A stretch of 64,000 nucleotides of DNA from Sminthopsis crassicaudata. Lineage: Eukaryota. Each line of letters opens with the position of its first letter. Positions within the stretch are counted from its first letter, which is position 1. Below are positions 11,151 through 23,100 of this stretch, piece by piece. The position numbers and the translations under genes are program-made. The notes beneath the pieces are model-generated. The model saw only the letters and a program-made list of their open reading frames with translations, searched no databases and had not been told where the DNA came from. The stretch covers positions 46,399,767 through 46,463,766 of the forward strand of contig NC_133617.1 of the NCBI RefSeq assembly GCF_048593235.1, given 5' to 3'.

Positions 11151-14100
11151 TTGGCATTCTAGGTGTCTGAGAACCCCTTCCCACTCCACCCAGCCGAACC
11201 CCACCCTTCCCCGAGCCAGCCTCCCCAGGCCCTAGCCCCGCAAGACTGAGGTCAAGGTTCCTGGCTTATGGCGGGCCTTTCCCCGTCTTGTCCTCCTTTT
11301 ATTTAAATCTGATGCGGGGCTCCCTGGCCCCTAGTACGGGAATGTCCCCAGTCAGGTGGCCTAGCAAGGACTGGACCTGGTCCCCTTCCTTATCCAGCCG
11401 GGGGCCTAGCTTTCCATGTCGCCACACTGACCCACATGGCACCCAGCCCCTTCCTCAGTCACCTAGCTGTCCCCAGCCTCTCCCTTGGCAGGCCTGCTTT
11501 CCTTAGCTGAAGCCTTAGCTCCTCCCCGGCCTCAGTTGCCCCTGGGAATACCCTCCCCTCCGAGGGTGGAGTTGGGAGCCGAATATCCTCACCTCCTCAT
11601 GGCTGCCTGGGAGGGGAGGTGACCTGGGTTAATTAAAACTGGGCCTTTAAGAGCTCCATGGATGGAAGAGAGAAGCAGTGATCAAATGCATCATCCTTCC
11701 CTTCAAAGCTAAGGGATATCTCTCCCCCCCACCCACCCAAGGAGCTGCCCCAGGCTAGACCAACCTGTTCTGTGGGTGTTTGGGAGAGGGACACACTCAG
11801 CCACACGGAGGGGATGAAATCCCAGCCCTTGGATCCTGTTCTCCCTCCACAGCTTGTTTACCCATAAATCCCTTTGCCCCTTTCCCTGCCCAGGTCCTTC
11901 TCAAAGGAAGAGGAAGCACCTTACAGGGACCCAGGAGTCTTGGCTCCTAGATTGGACTCTTTCCTGGTTATCTGACCTTTAGCCAAATCTACTTTGCTCA
12001 AAGAAATGAGGAGAACCTCCTGATCTGAAGAGATAGCCCAGAAATGAAAGTCACAGGGTCTGGGGTCTAATTCAGCTCGTGTCACTAATTTGCTGTGTGG
12101 ATTGGTCCCTTACTGACCCCCTCTCTGTCTTTGTAGACTCCAGAACTTCTGGGGGTTCCTCCTTCTCAGACAATTTATGATTCTGTGGGAGTTCTGAGAC
12201 ATAACAATTTAAGGGAAACTCCTTGGTTGTGAAGTAGCTACAGGGACGTTGGGGGCAGGAGATCTGGATTCGAGTTCACATTGTTCTCAGGATCAAATGA
12301 CAGAAAACACAGTGTATTTTGAGTTTGTAAATTTGCACTATCTTCATAGACTGTGTGGGCAGGGGTCAGAGATGGGTGGGCAAGGAAACCTGAGTTCTCA
12401 TGATCCTTGAAAACAGAAACAACAGTGACTAGAATCTATGCTGACCCTGGGGGCTGCTGAGCCAGGAGAAATATGGATTTCAGTCCTGCATTTGACACTG
12501 TGTGATGTTGGACAACTTGTGTAGCTTCTCTGAACCTCAGTTTCCTCCTCTGTAAAAGGGGGAGGGATAATTATACCTCTAGTTCTTACCTTCCAGAATT
12601 GCTCTGAAGATTGAATGAGATAATGCATGGAAAGAGCTTTACAAATCTTTGTCCCATACCTTAGTGCTCCCTGCTAACTCAATCTGATGTACCTTCTCCT
12701 ACTTATCTCTAGGTCCCATAATCTGTGGATTCCTAGAGGTTTTTCCCTAGCCTGTCTCTTTCCTCTTCCCCAGATATCACCTGTCTAATCTGTCCTTGGT
12801 CTTAGCTTTATTGATCACTTCTCTGCTTTCACTGACCCCGAATTTGCACGTCCAGCTATTTTCCCCACTTCTGAGATTCCTAACCCTAATTTCCAGTCTC
12901 TTTCAGGCCATTTCTACTAGATTGTCCAAGAGATTGTTGAGAGATCTCAGTCTCAACATGCCCCAAAGGACACTGTATCATCTCTTCTTTTCTCTTGACT
13001 TTACTATTTCTGATGCTGGCAATATTTATCCAGCAACCCATCTTCTATATCTGAGGTTCTCAAACTATGGCCCTCAGGCCAGATGGGGTGGGCTGAGGAC
13101 GTTTATGCGGCCTGCCTTGTTATAGCAAATGGGCTGAGGGGCGGAGACAGAGTGTGAGCTTTTGTTTTTACTATAATCTGGCCCTCCAACAGTCTGAGGG
13201 ACAGTGAACTGGCCCCCTATTTAAAAAGTTTGAGGACCACTGTATCTAAACCTTAGGATTATTTTTAATTTTTTTCCTTTCCTCTACCCCTTCAGTTAGT
13301 TAGTTACCAAAATATGGCTCATGTGTGGGTCTCCTTACTATTAGTGATAGGGGGTGGGAGGAAAGGAGGATGTCTTCAAAGTCTGATTGATCTTTCTTCT
13401 TCTAGTCTTGCCCTTCTGCCATCTTTACTCCACACAAGTGCCAAAGTAATCTTTCCATAAGTACAAAGCTTATCATATTTTGTGCTCCCAAATCCTCACA
13501 GGTTCCCTATTACCTTCAGAATAAAACATACATTTCCTTTCCTGATATTTAAGATTCTTCACAATCTGGCTGTAATCTACCTTTCTTATATTTCATGTAT
13601 TCTGAGTCTCTGCCAAATTAGACTGCTGCTACAGTTCCTTAATTCTCTTTTTATTTCTATGTGCCTGGAATACACTTCATCTTTATCTCTTTCCCTTGAA
13701 GTCTTACAAAACCTAGTTTAAATGTCACCCCTTTCTTAAACCTCTACCCCAATGAAAATTCTCTGAAAAATTCTCTCCCTCCTTTGATTTTTCCTGAGCC
13801 CTCTCTCCAATCTCCCTATTTTGTTTCTGTTGTTGTTGTTGTTGTTTGGTCAGTTCAGTCATAGCTGACTTTTTATGATGCCCTTTGGGGTTTTCTTGGC
13901 AAAGATAATGGAGTGGTTTGTCATTTCCTTCTCCAGCTCATTTGACAGATGAGGAAACTGAGGCAAAGTGGAGTGACTTGTTCAGTGTTACCCAGCTAGT
14001 GAGTCCAGAAGTCAGAAAGATGAGCTTTTCTGACTCCACCACTAGCTGCCCTATCTTTATCTTAGGAATATACTTTAAAGTTTCCAAAACCCTTGACAAA

Positions 14101-17100
14101 CAACTTTCACATGTGTCTCAGAACAAGTTTGGAAAGCAGAAATGACAGGTGTTTTCTTCCATTTTATATTGAGGAAATGGAGACTTAGAGAAGCAGGGTT
14201 CAGACCTTGATATGTAAAGTGCAGTATTGTTTCCAGTTCACTCCTCTCCGTCAGCAATTTATTCTCTGGAAGAGCATGTAGCCTTGAGGCCTGAGATCAC
14301 GGTAGACCTTGTATATTTCTAGCATCAAGTATAAATCCTGTCCCAGAATAGGTGCTTTTAAAAAATTTGAATCGGATTTGGGGAGCTCTTTAGTGACCAT
14401 GAAAATGCTCTGTGCACTCACTTCCATCAACAGATGTCTATTAAGCACCGACTGTGCTCAGCACATAGCTAGATATTGGGGACTCAGTTCCTGTTCTCAG
14501 AGTTTAAATTCAGCCTCAGTCACTCAGTAACTGTGTGAACCTGTGCAAATCATTTAACCTGCATCTCTTTCCTCATCTATAACACGGGGATGATAATAAA
14601 ACCTATCTCCCAGGATTGTTGTTGAGGTGCAAACGGAATAATATTTGTAAAGCGATTTGCAAACCTTCAAGGGCCATATAAAGCTGGCCATCCTTACAAG
14701 GGTTAAGAGATATTCATGCTGGAATCAATCAGGTCAACAAGCATTTTAGGAGTACCTATTGTGTATTGGGGACAGTATCATATTAAACTCAAGAAAGGGA
14801 AAAACAGTGCCTTCCCTCAAGGAGCTCCCAGCGTAATGGGGGAGATAACATGTAACTAACCGTAGACATGCACGCTATCTATAGAGTAGATTGGAAGTAT
14901 CATAGAAAGGGGGGTGGAGCCAAGATGGCAGAGTAAAGGCAAGTGTCATAAAGAGAAAGGCACTTGGGAGACCAGGGGGACTGGACTGATATTTAATGTT
15001 CTCCACAATCTGGCTCTAATCTACCTTTCTTGTATTTCATACTATTTCCCTACGTGTATTCTGGGTCTCTGCCAAATTGGACTGCTGCTACAGTTCCTCA
15101 ATCTCATCTCAGTTCTCTTTTTATTTCGATGTACCTGGAATATACTCCATCTTTATTTCTGCCTCTCGAAGTCCTAGAAAACCTAACTTAAGAGTCACCC
15201 CTTCCTTAAACCTTTACCCCATCCCAGCTGAAAAGTTCTCTCCCTCCTTTGATTTTCCTAGAGCCCTGAATCTCCCTACTTTGTTCCGGTTGTTGTGATT
15301 CAGTCCTTTCAGTCATGCTTGATTTTTTTGTGATGCAAAAGGTGGGACTTAATCTGTCTGAAAGGAAACTGGGAGTCAGAGGTGGAGTATTTCAGACAAA
15401 GGGGATTGTCAGTGAAAAGGAACAGATTAAAAAGATGCGAGTTGCCTCCCCCCCCCCCCCCCCAGAAACAATGAGGACTGAAGGCCTTGGAGGAGAGGAA
15501 AATATAGGAAGATTGGAAAATTGAGAAGGGGTCAGGTTGGGAAGAATGTTAAATGTCAGAAGGTTTTACTTTTGATCCCAGATGTAATAGGGAGCCACAG
15601 GACCTTATTGGGTAGGTGGTGGAGATGATTTATCTACATATGCTTGAAGGAGACCAATTTGATAGCCTAGTAGAGGATGAATAGGAATGGAGAGAGACTC
15701 CAGGCAGGGAGAGGAGCCAGCAGGCTCCTGTCTATTTTGGAGGCACCCAAGACCATCATCAGGGTGGTGAGAGTGTCAGAGGAGAGAGGGGAGTGTGTGT
15801 GAGTTATCGTGAAGAGGAAATTCACAGATTGGCCATGGAGGGTGAAGAAGAGTGAGGGGTCCTGGATGACAGCAGGGGTTAACAGCCTGGAGTCTGGGAG
15901 GATGGTGACTTCCTGGATAGGGGAAAGGTTTAGGGGATATTTCAAACATCTGTGTTTGTTTTTCCCCCTTTGACAGAACATAAGCTCCTTGTGGCAGGGC
16001 CTGTTTTTTCATTTGCTCTTCCTATCCTCAATGTCCATAGTAAACAATAAAAGTTTGTTGAATTTAATTGAGGTCAGAGGAGGTATCATTTGGGGGAAGC
16101 ATTTGGGGTTAAGTGACTTGTCCAAGGTCACATAGTTAGGGTTACTTGTCCGAGGTTAGATTTGAACTCAAGTCCTCCCGACTCCAAGGCCAATCCTGTA
16201 CTCACTGCGCCATGTAGCTGCTCTGAGATCAGAAGAGGAAGGCTTCCTGATTTAGGGAGAACCTGGAACAGTTACATGAAAGAGGTAGCATTGAGTGGCA
16301 CCTTGAAGGACCAGTAGTAGGATTTCAGCAGGTGTAGATGAGCAAGGCAGGGGAGGCAATGTCCTTGGCACAGGAGACAATTCGAATGAATTCTTAAAAG
16401 CATTGAGGATGATATAGGGTTAGATGTAGAGTCAGCAAGATCTGCATTCAAAACATGCTTCAGATACTTACTAGCTTTATGAGCCTAGAAAAGTCGCTTA
16501 AATCTTTCTTTGCCTCAGTTCCCTCATCTGTAAAATGGGGATAATAATGGCACCTACCTCTGAGGGTTGTTGTGTGACATAGGGTTGGATATGGAGCCAG
16601 CAAAACCTGAAATCAAAACATGCCTCAGATACTTACTAGCTATATGAACCTAGAAAATTATTTACTCTTTCTTTGCCTCAGTTTCCTCATCTGTAAAATG
16701 GGGATAATAATTGCACTTACCCCCGAAGGTTGTTGTAAGGATCAAGTGAGATAACATATGGAAAGGGCTTTATTAATTTTATTTTATTTTATTTTATTTT
16801 ATTTTTTTATTTTTATTTTTTCTGAGGCTGGGGTTCAGTGACTTTCCCAGGGTCACACAGCTAGGAAATGTTAAGTGTCTGAGACCAGATTTGAACTGGG
16901 GTCTTCCTGAATTCAAGGGTGATGCTCTATCTACTGGGCCACCTAGCTGCCCCCGGGCTTTATGAATTTTAAAGTACTATTATTTATTGTAGTATGTGCA
17001 GGGGCCAGGAGATCATCCTGTCCTGTTTATCTGGAATATAGACAAGTCCACAGATATTTATTAAGCACCTACTCTGTGCAGGGCCCTAAGGATACAAAGA

Positions 17101-20100
17101 AAGACAGATATGGGAGTGACAGCATGCAAACAGTTACACCAAGAGAAACTACAGACAGCACTGGTGCTATCTCTGATTGGTGATAATCTCTGTGTGAAGA
17201 CGCTAGGCTTAAAGGAGGACTGGAGGGAACGGCTTCCTGTGGAAGGTGGGATTTTAGCTGGGGTTTGAAGGAAGCTGGGGAAGCCAGGAGGTGGAGATAA
17301 GGAGGGAGTGATCCAAAGCATGGGGGACAGCCAGAGATTTGAGAGACAGAACATCTTGTAAGAGCTAGAGCAAGGAAGTCAGTGTCACTGATCAAAGAGA
17401 ACGTGGCCGGGGCTGGGGGAGGAGGCATATGGCATGAGACATGAGAAGACTGGAAAGATTGGGAAGCTTCAGATGATTAAGGGCTTTAAAAGCCAATCAG
17501 AGGTTTTATATTTGATCCTGGAGGCCAGTTAAGGGGCTTCTGGAGTTTATCGAGTATGGGGATGACATGGTTGAACTGGATCTTTGGTAGGCATCCAAAA
17601 CTTAATTCATTAGCTTCTACCCACCCCCCTCCTAAACATTATCTTTTCCATCATCGTCCTCGACTCCATACTTTGTCTAGCCCCTACATCCAATCTCTAA
17701 ACATTCTTTTCTTTTCTTTTTTTTTTTTTTAATTATAGTTTTTATTTACCAGATATATGCATGGGTAATTTTTCAGCATTAACAATTGCCAAACCTTTTG
17801 TTCTAATTTTTCCCCTCCTTCCTCCCACCCCCTTCCCCAGATGGCAGGCTGACCAATACCTGTTAAATATGTTACAGTATAAGTTAAATACAATATATTA
17901 AACATTATCTTTTCGATCATCGTCCTCGGCTCCATACTTTGTCCAGCTCCTACATCCAATCTCTAAACATCTTTTCCATCATTATCCTTGGCTCCATACT
18001 TTGTCCAACCCCTACATCCAATCTCTTGCCAAATTGTGTCCTTTGGCTTCTGTAACATCTCTTCTGTCTCTCTCCCTGACTCCGCTGTTCTGGTGCAGGC
18101 CCCCATCATCTCATGCTGGCAGGAGGGTTTCCCTGCCTCAGTTCGATCCCCATTCCAGTCCTTGGAGCTACATGAAGACTGGAACCATTTCTTATCCAAA
18201 CCCCTGTGTCTTCCTCAGCTCTGTGCCTGCATATAATCAATGTTTGCTGTATGAATGCTAATTCGAATTTTTATTGGACTTTCCATTCCTCCCATATCTT
18301 TCACAATAACTTCTTTTATTATTATTATTATTATAGCTTTTTATTGACAAAACATATGCATGGGTAATTTTTCAAAACTGACCATTGCAAAAACTTTTTT
18401 TCCAACTTTTCCCCTCCTTCCCTCCATCCCCTCCCCTTGATGGCAGGCAGTCCCATACATGTTAAACATGTTAAAGTATATGTTAAATACAATATAGGCA
18501 TACAGATTTATACAGTTATCTTCACAATAACTTCTTGAAGCTCCATTTTATAGATGAGGCACATGAGGCAGAGATGGAGTGCTGGCAAGGGGACTTCTTT
18601 GAGCTCACACAGCCTAACTTTATGAGGAAGGTTATTTCTACCCCTGTTTTTACAGAAGAACCTTAAATACTGATACTTATAAGTGTCAGTCTGGATTTGA
18701 ACCCAGATCACCCCAGTTCCAAATCTAACACTCCCCGGTATCCAGGTTTTATTAGTGAGTAACTGGTGAAGCTGGGATTCCCTTCCACAAGGTCAGACAG
18801 CAAGAATAAATGAAGCAGCTACGCCGGGCAGAGTAAGATGATTGGAGGCTGTATAAATAAAGCTTTGAAGAGTTTGGGTTTTATCTCTGGCCAGGAATAA
18901 TAATATTAATAGGAACGATAGTGGGCGAGTATAAGTACACATTTGATCCTCACAACAGCCCTGGGAGATAGGTGCTGTTATTAATTTTACAGATGAGGAA
19001 ACTGAGGTAGACACAGGTAAGTGACTTACTCAGGGTTACCCGGTTAGTGAGTATCTGAGGTGAGATTTAAATCCAGGTTCTCCTAATTCCAAGTCTCCGG
19101 ATAAGACGGATTCAAATCCAGACTCTGAAATAGTGTATAAGGAACAGTAAGGAACTGGGATCTCATTTGGTTCTCACAATAGCTTTTCGAGGAAGGTAAA
19201 CTGAGGCCCAGGAAGGCAACTGGTTTCCCTAGGGTTAAATAGTACAGGACTTCTTAAATGTATTCTCCTTTTCACCTGAGAAATTTTCATGTGACCCTGT
19301 GTATATAGATTATAAAATAAATATACAGTTCAAACATTATAATTTCATAACCCCTGCATTTACTTTTTTGTCCCCCTCTTTTAAAGCTTTTTATTTTTAA
19401 AACACATGCACGGGCCCCGCATTTACTTGTGACATCCCATGAGGGGTCGGGCTCACGGTTGAAGAAGCTTTGATGGAGCAGAGCTTTAGTGTCAGGGCTT
19501 TCTCTCCTCCCCATCCCCCACCCCATCCGCCTCTTGAATCCGGATCTCATCCACTTCTGCCAGGTTATTAATGATTGCAACAGCCTCTTAACCTTAGCCT
19601 CTACCTTTTGTTCTTCCTGACTTCTCTGGCTCTGTGCAAGGCCACAACCTACTTCCCCCTTCCCTGCTCAGGGCAGCTCCAGCAGCCTGACTTGGGTTTG
19701 GCCCAGATACCAAAGGAGTGAGCCCTCCATCAGTGTGGGGAAACCTGTCCTTGCTTCCTGCCCGAATGCTCCGACCACACCTAGACTTGACCGGCAGGCC
19801 TTGAACCTCCAGTCCCCTTCCTGGGAAGGCTCACCTCTGGATTCCTCCTTCAGGAAGTTCTCGGAGCCTCGAAGAGCCCCGAAGAGCCCCATGGGTAGAA
19901 GGGGCAGGTGGGGAGGCTCTGGGTCAGGGCCACGGTCACAGATTGTATCTCCTCCTGCAGAACATGTGCCTTCCGAGCTGTGGGAGCCTTTCTACACCGA
20001 CCAGTACGCCCAGGAGCACGTGAAGCCTCCGGTGACGCGGCTGCTCCTCTCGGCCGAGCTGTATTGCCGGGCCTGGCGGCTGGCGCTGCCCAAGCTGGAG

Positions 20101-23100
20101 GCCCCACCCGGTCCTGCCGCCCTCTTGACGATGCTGGCCCGGCGGGGTCTGACCCCGACACTGCCTGACCGGCCCGTGCGGGAAGCTGACCTGCGACATC
20201 AGCCTATTCTCATGGTGAGGCTCTGAGTTCTTCCCCTTGCCGTCTCCCATGAGCTGCCGGGAGGGGGGCGACGGCCACCCTTCCTGATGCCCCCATGGTT
20301 GTTTTTTTTCTGTAGGGTGCCCACTTGGCTGTGATCGATGCCCTCATGACAGCCTTCGCCTCAGAGTGGACTGCCTCCCTGCCCGTCCCTGCAGCTCCGG
20401 GCAGCTGGGAGCACAAGCTCCTTCTCTGGGTGGACTCGGTAGGCAGCGGAGGCTGTGGGAACTGGATCAGGGGGATTGCTGGAATGATTGGGGTGACCCC
20501 AGGCAGAAAGGAGATCGATCCTCCAGGACGAAGGGCCCCTTAAGGAGGCCCACTCAGTGACCTTTCTCGCCCCTCACAGACCATGCGGCGACTCCAGGAG
20601 CTGACTGAGCGGGAGGCAGCCCAGAGAACCCCTGTGCCCCCTGCAGACAGCGCTGCCCAGCCCTCGGTGAGACCTGGCAGGTGGGGTGGGACCTGGGGAC
20701 TGTCCCCCGACCTCCCGGGGCCAGGCTGTCCCTGTGCCTCCTCCTTGGGGTGAGGGCTGGGCTGGGCCGAGCCGGGTGTGACTTTCTCTGTATCTCTCTG
20801 TCTCTGCCCCCCGCGCTGCCGCCTCCTCTTCCTCTCTCTGCCCTCTGCACCTCAGTGCCCCACCCGCTGGTACTGGAAGCTCGTTCCCGTAAGTGGGTGC
20901 TCCTGGCCCCCAGCTCCATTCTGTCCCTCCACCCTGATCTGTGAACAGAGGATCTGCGGCCCTGGGGCAGGGGGAAGGAGGACGTGCTCTGGGTGGGTGG
21001 GGCAGGGAGAGCTGGGAATTCATCCCCCCAGAGAGGCCAGGGTGCCTCAGATCCTCTGCTCACATTGGCCCCTGCAGTCCTGAGGGCCCCCGCGGGAGGG
21101 TCCTGCTGCATGCTCTCGCTGCCCTGCCTGCTTCTCCTGGGCTCCCTCCGGGCCACCCCACGGTGCCAGAGCTGGGGGGGTCAGCAGGTCTCACTGAGGC
21201 CCAGACCTTGCGAATGGCTCAGGGCCGACCTTGTCTCTGAGGTCGGAGCCGGGCGCTGAGGGAACCCCAGAGAAGAGGGGGAGAGGCGCCAGAAAGCCCA
21301 AAGGCAGGCTAAGGACTAGGGCTCCCTCCAAGGTGTGACTGTGGTGGTCTGGTGCTGAGCCCTCAGGGATGTCCGGGGGGAGGGGCTGGCTGGGGGAGGG
21401 GGAGCCCTCTGCAGACAGGATGAGGTCAGGGTCTCCCCCCCGGCCTGGAGCCTGTGTCCCGCTGCGGCCCCCGCGCTGACGCCCCCTCCTCTCCGCCCCC
21501 TCAGCACGCCGTTGCCTTCTGTTTGAAGGAGTCAGGGAGCAAACCCCCTGTGGTAACGTATCTCCAAACCTCTGTCCTTCCTGCTTTCTGCTCCCCCTGT
21601 CACTGCTCTCTGCCCTACCAGGCCAGGCTGGGCCGGCTCCCGCCAGCTGTCCAGAGCTCCGCGTTCGCTCCTTCTCGCTCCAGGGGCCGCTCGGTGCCCC
21701 TTTCTGTTGCATGTTGCTCCCTCTCCCCGTAGCCTCAAGGACTCACGCACCTGGCCTCCCTGCACCAGCTGCATGCTCTCCAACTCTGGTGGCTCCGTGA
21801 CTGCTGACCTCTGACCCCTTGCTTTTGCCCCACAGATCCGGTACCGAAAGGACCGGGCCGTGGCCCGCAGGGCCCCCTGTTTCCCCGTGGTGTCGGGTCT
21901 CCAGGACTTGGCCAGCGGAGCCGCCCTAGCTGCCATCATCCACTGCTACTGCCCCCAGCTGCTGAGGCTTGAGGGTAAGTGGGCAAGGGTCCTTAACCTT
22001 GGACTCAGGATTGGGAGGGGGGGCCAGCTCCCGGCATCAACGTCCCCACCTAATCAAACAATAGGATTGATTAAGCACCTCCTTGGGGCAGCTAGATCAC
22101 ATGGTGAGTAGAGCCTTGGGCATGGAGTTAGGAACACTCAAATCTGGCCTCAGATAGTTACTGGCTGTGGGATCCTGGCAAGTCACTTACTTTGCCTCAC
22201 TTTCCCCATCTGTAAAATTATCTGGAGAAGGAAACGGTGACCGCTCCTGTATCTCTGCCAAGAAACCCCAAATAATAAGGTCAGGAGGAATCAGATGTGA
22301 CTGAAATCACTGAAGAAAACAAGTGCTTCCTGCATGCCGGGAGAAGTGCAGGAGAGACAAAGAAAAGTGACTCATCCCTGGCCTCGAGATAGAGAGAAAT
22401 AGATGTGGGCAAATCGAGGGCACTCTGGCAGGAGCTGGGTACGGGGAGCGGAAGGCAAACTCTCCATCCAGGGCCCTATCCCTGGTACCCGGGAAATCAG
22501 GCTCTCCTTCCTCTCTTTCTACAGATGTGTGCCTGAAGGACACCATGTCTGTGGCGGACAGTCTATACAATCTGCAACTCGTCCAGGACTTCTGCGCTGC
22601 CCGCTTGCCAGGGGGCTGCCCCCTGGCTCTGGAGGACTTGCTCTATGTGCCGCCCCTCCTCAAGGTGACCCTGGTGTCCAGGGCCTCACTGGAGCCCTGA
22701 AGGCCAAGCTGGGACCAGGGGAAGAGGGATGAGCATTCCTAGGTCCCGGGGGATCCACAAAGGGACGGCTGGAGCAGCACCGGGACCCCCTCCCCTAGCA
22801 GCGGGCTTTTCCCTCTCAGCCTGTCCCTATCCTGAGAGGCAGGCAACTCGCATGGAGATCGTGTCATAGGACGTGGATGGAACAGGGACTGTTTGTCCTA
22901 GAGCAGAGATGGCTGCTGGGAGTGGGAATGGGGAAAGCGCTGTGAAGGACCTGGTCTCCTTGTGCTGGGTCCTAGGAGCCTTCTAGGGCAGAACTGGGAA
23001 GAAGGGGAGGAGATTGTAGAGAGGCACATTGAGGCTCAGATGGAAAAACTTGGCAAGAGCCAGAGCTATCCTTCAGGGACTAGATTGCCTTGGGAGGTAG

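Noticed and set aside
9616-11162. Many long overlapping ORFs on both strands (146-238 aa)
   Set aside because: CpG-island composition suppresses stops and the products are low-complexity. Only 10514-10661 matches a known protein.
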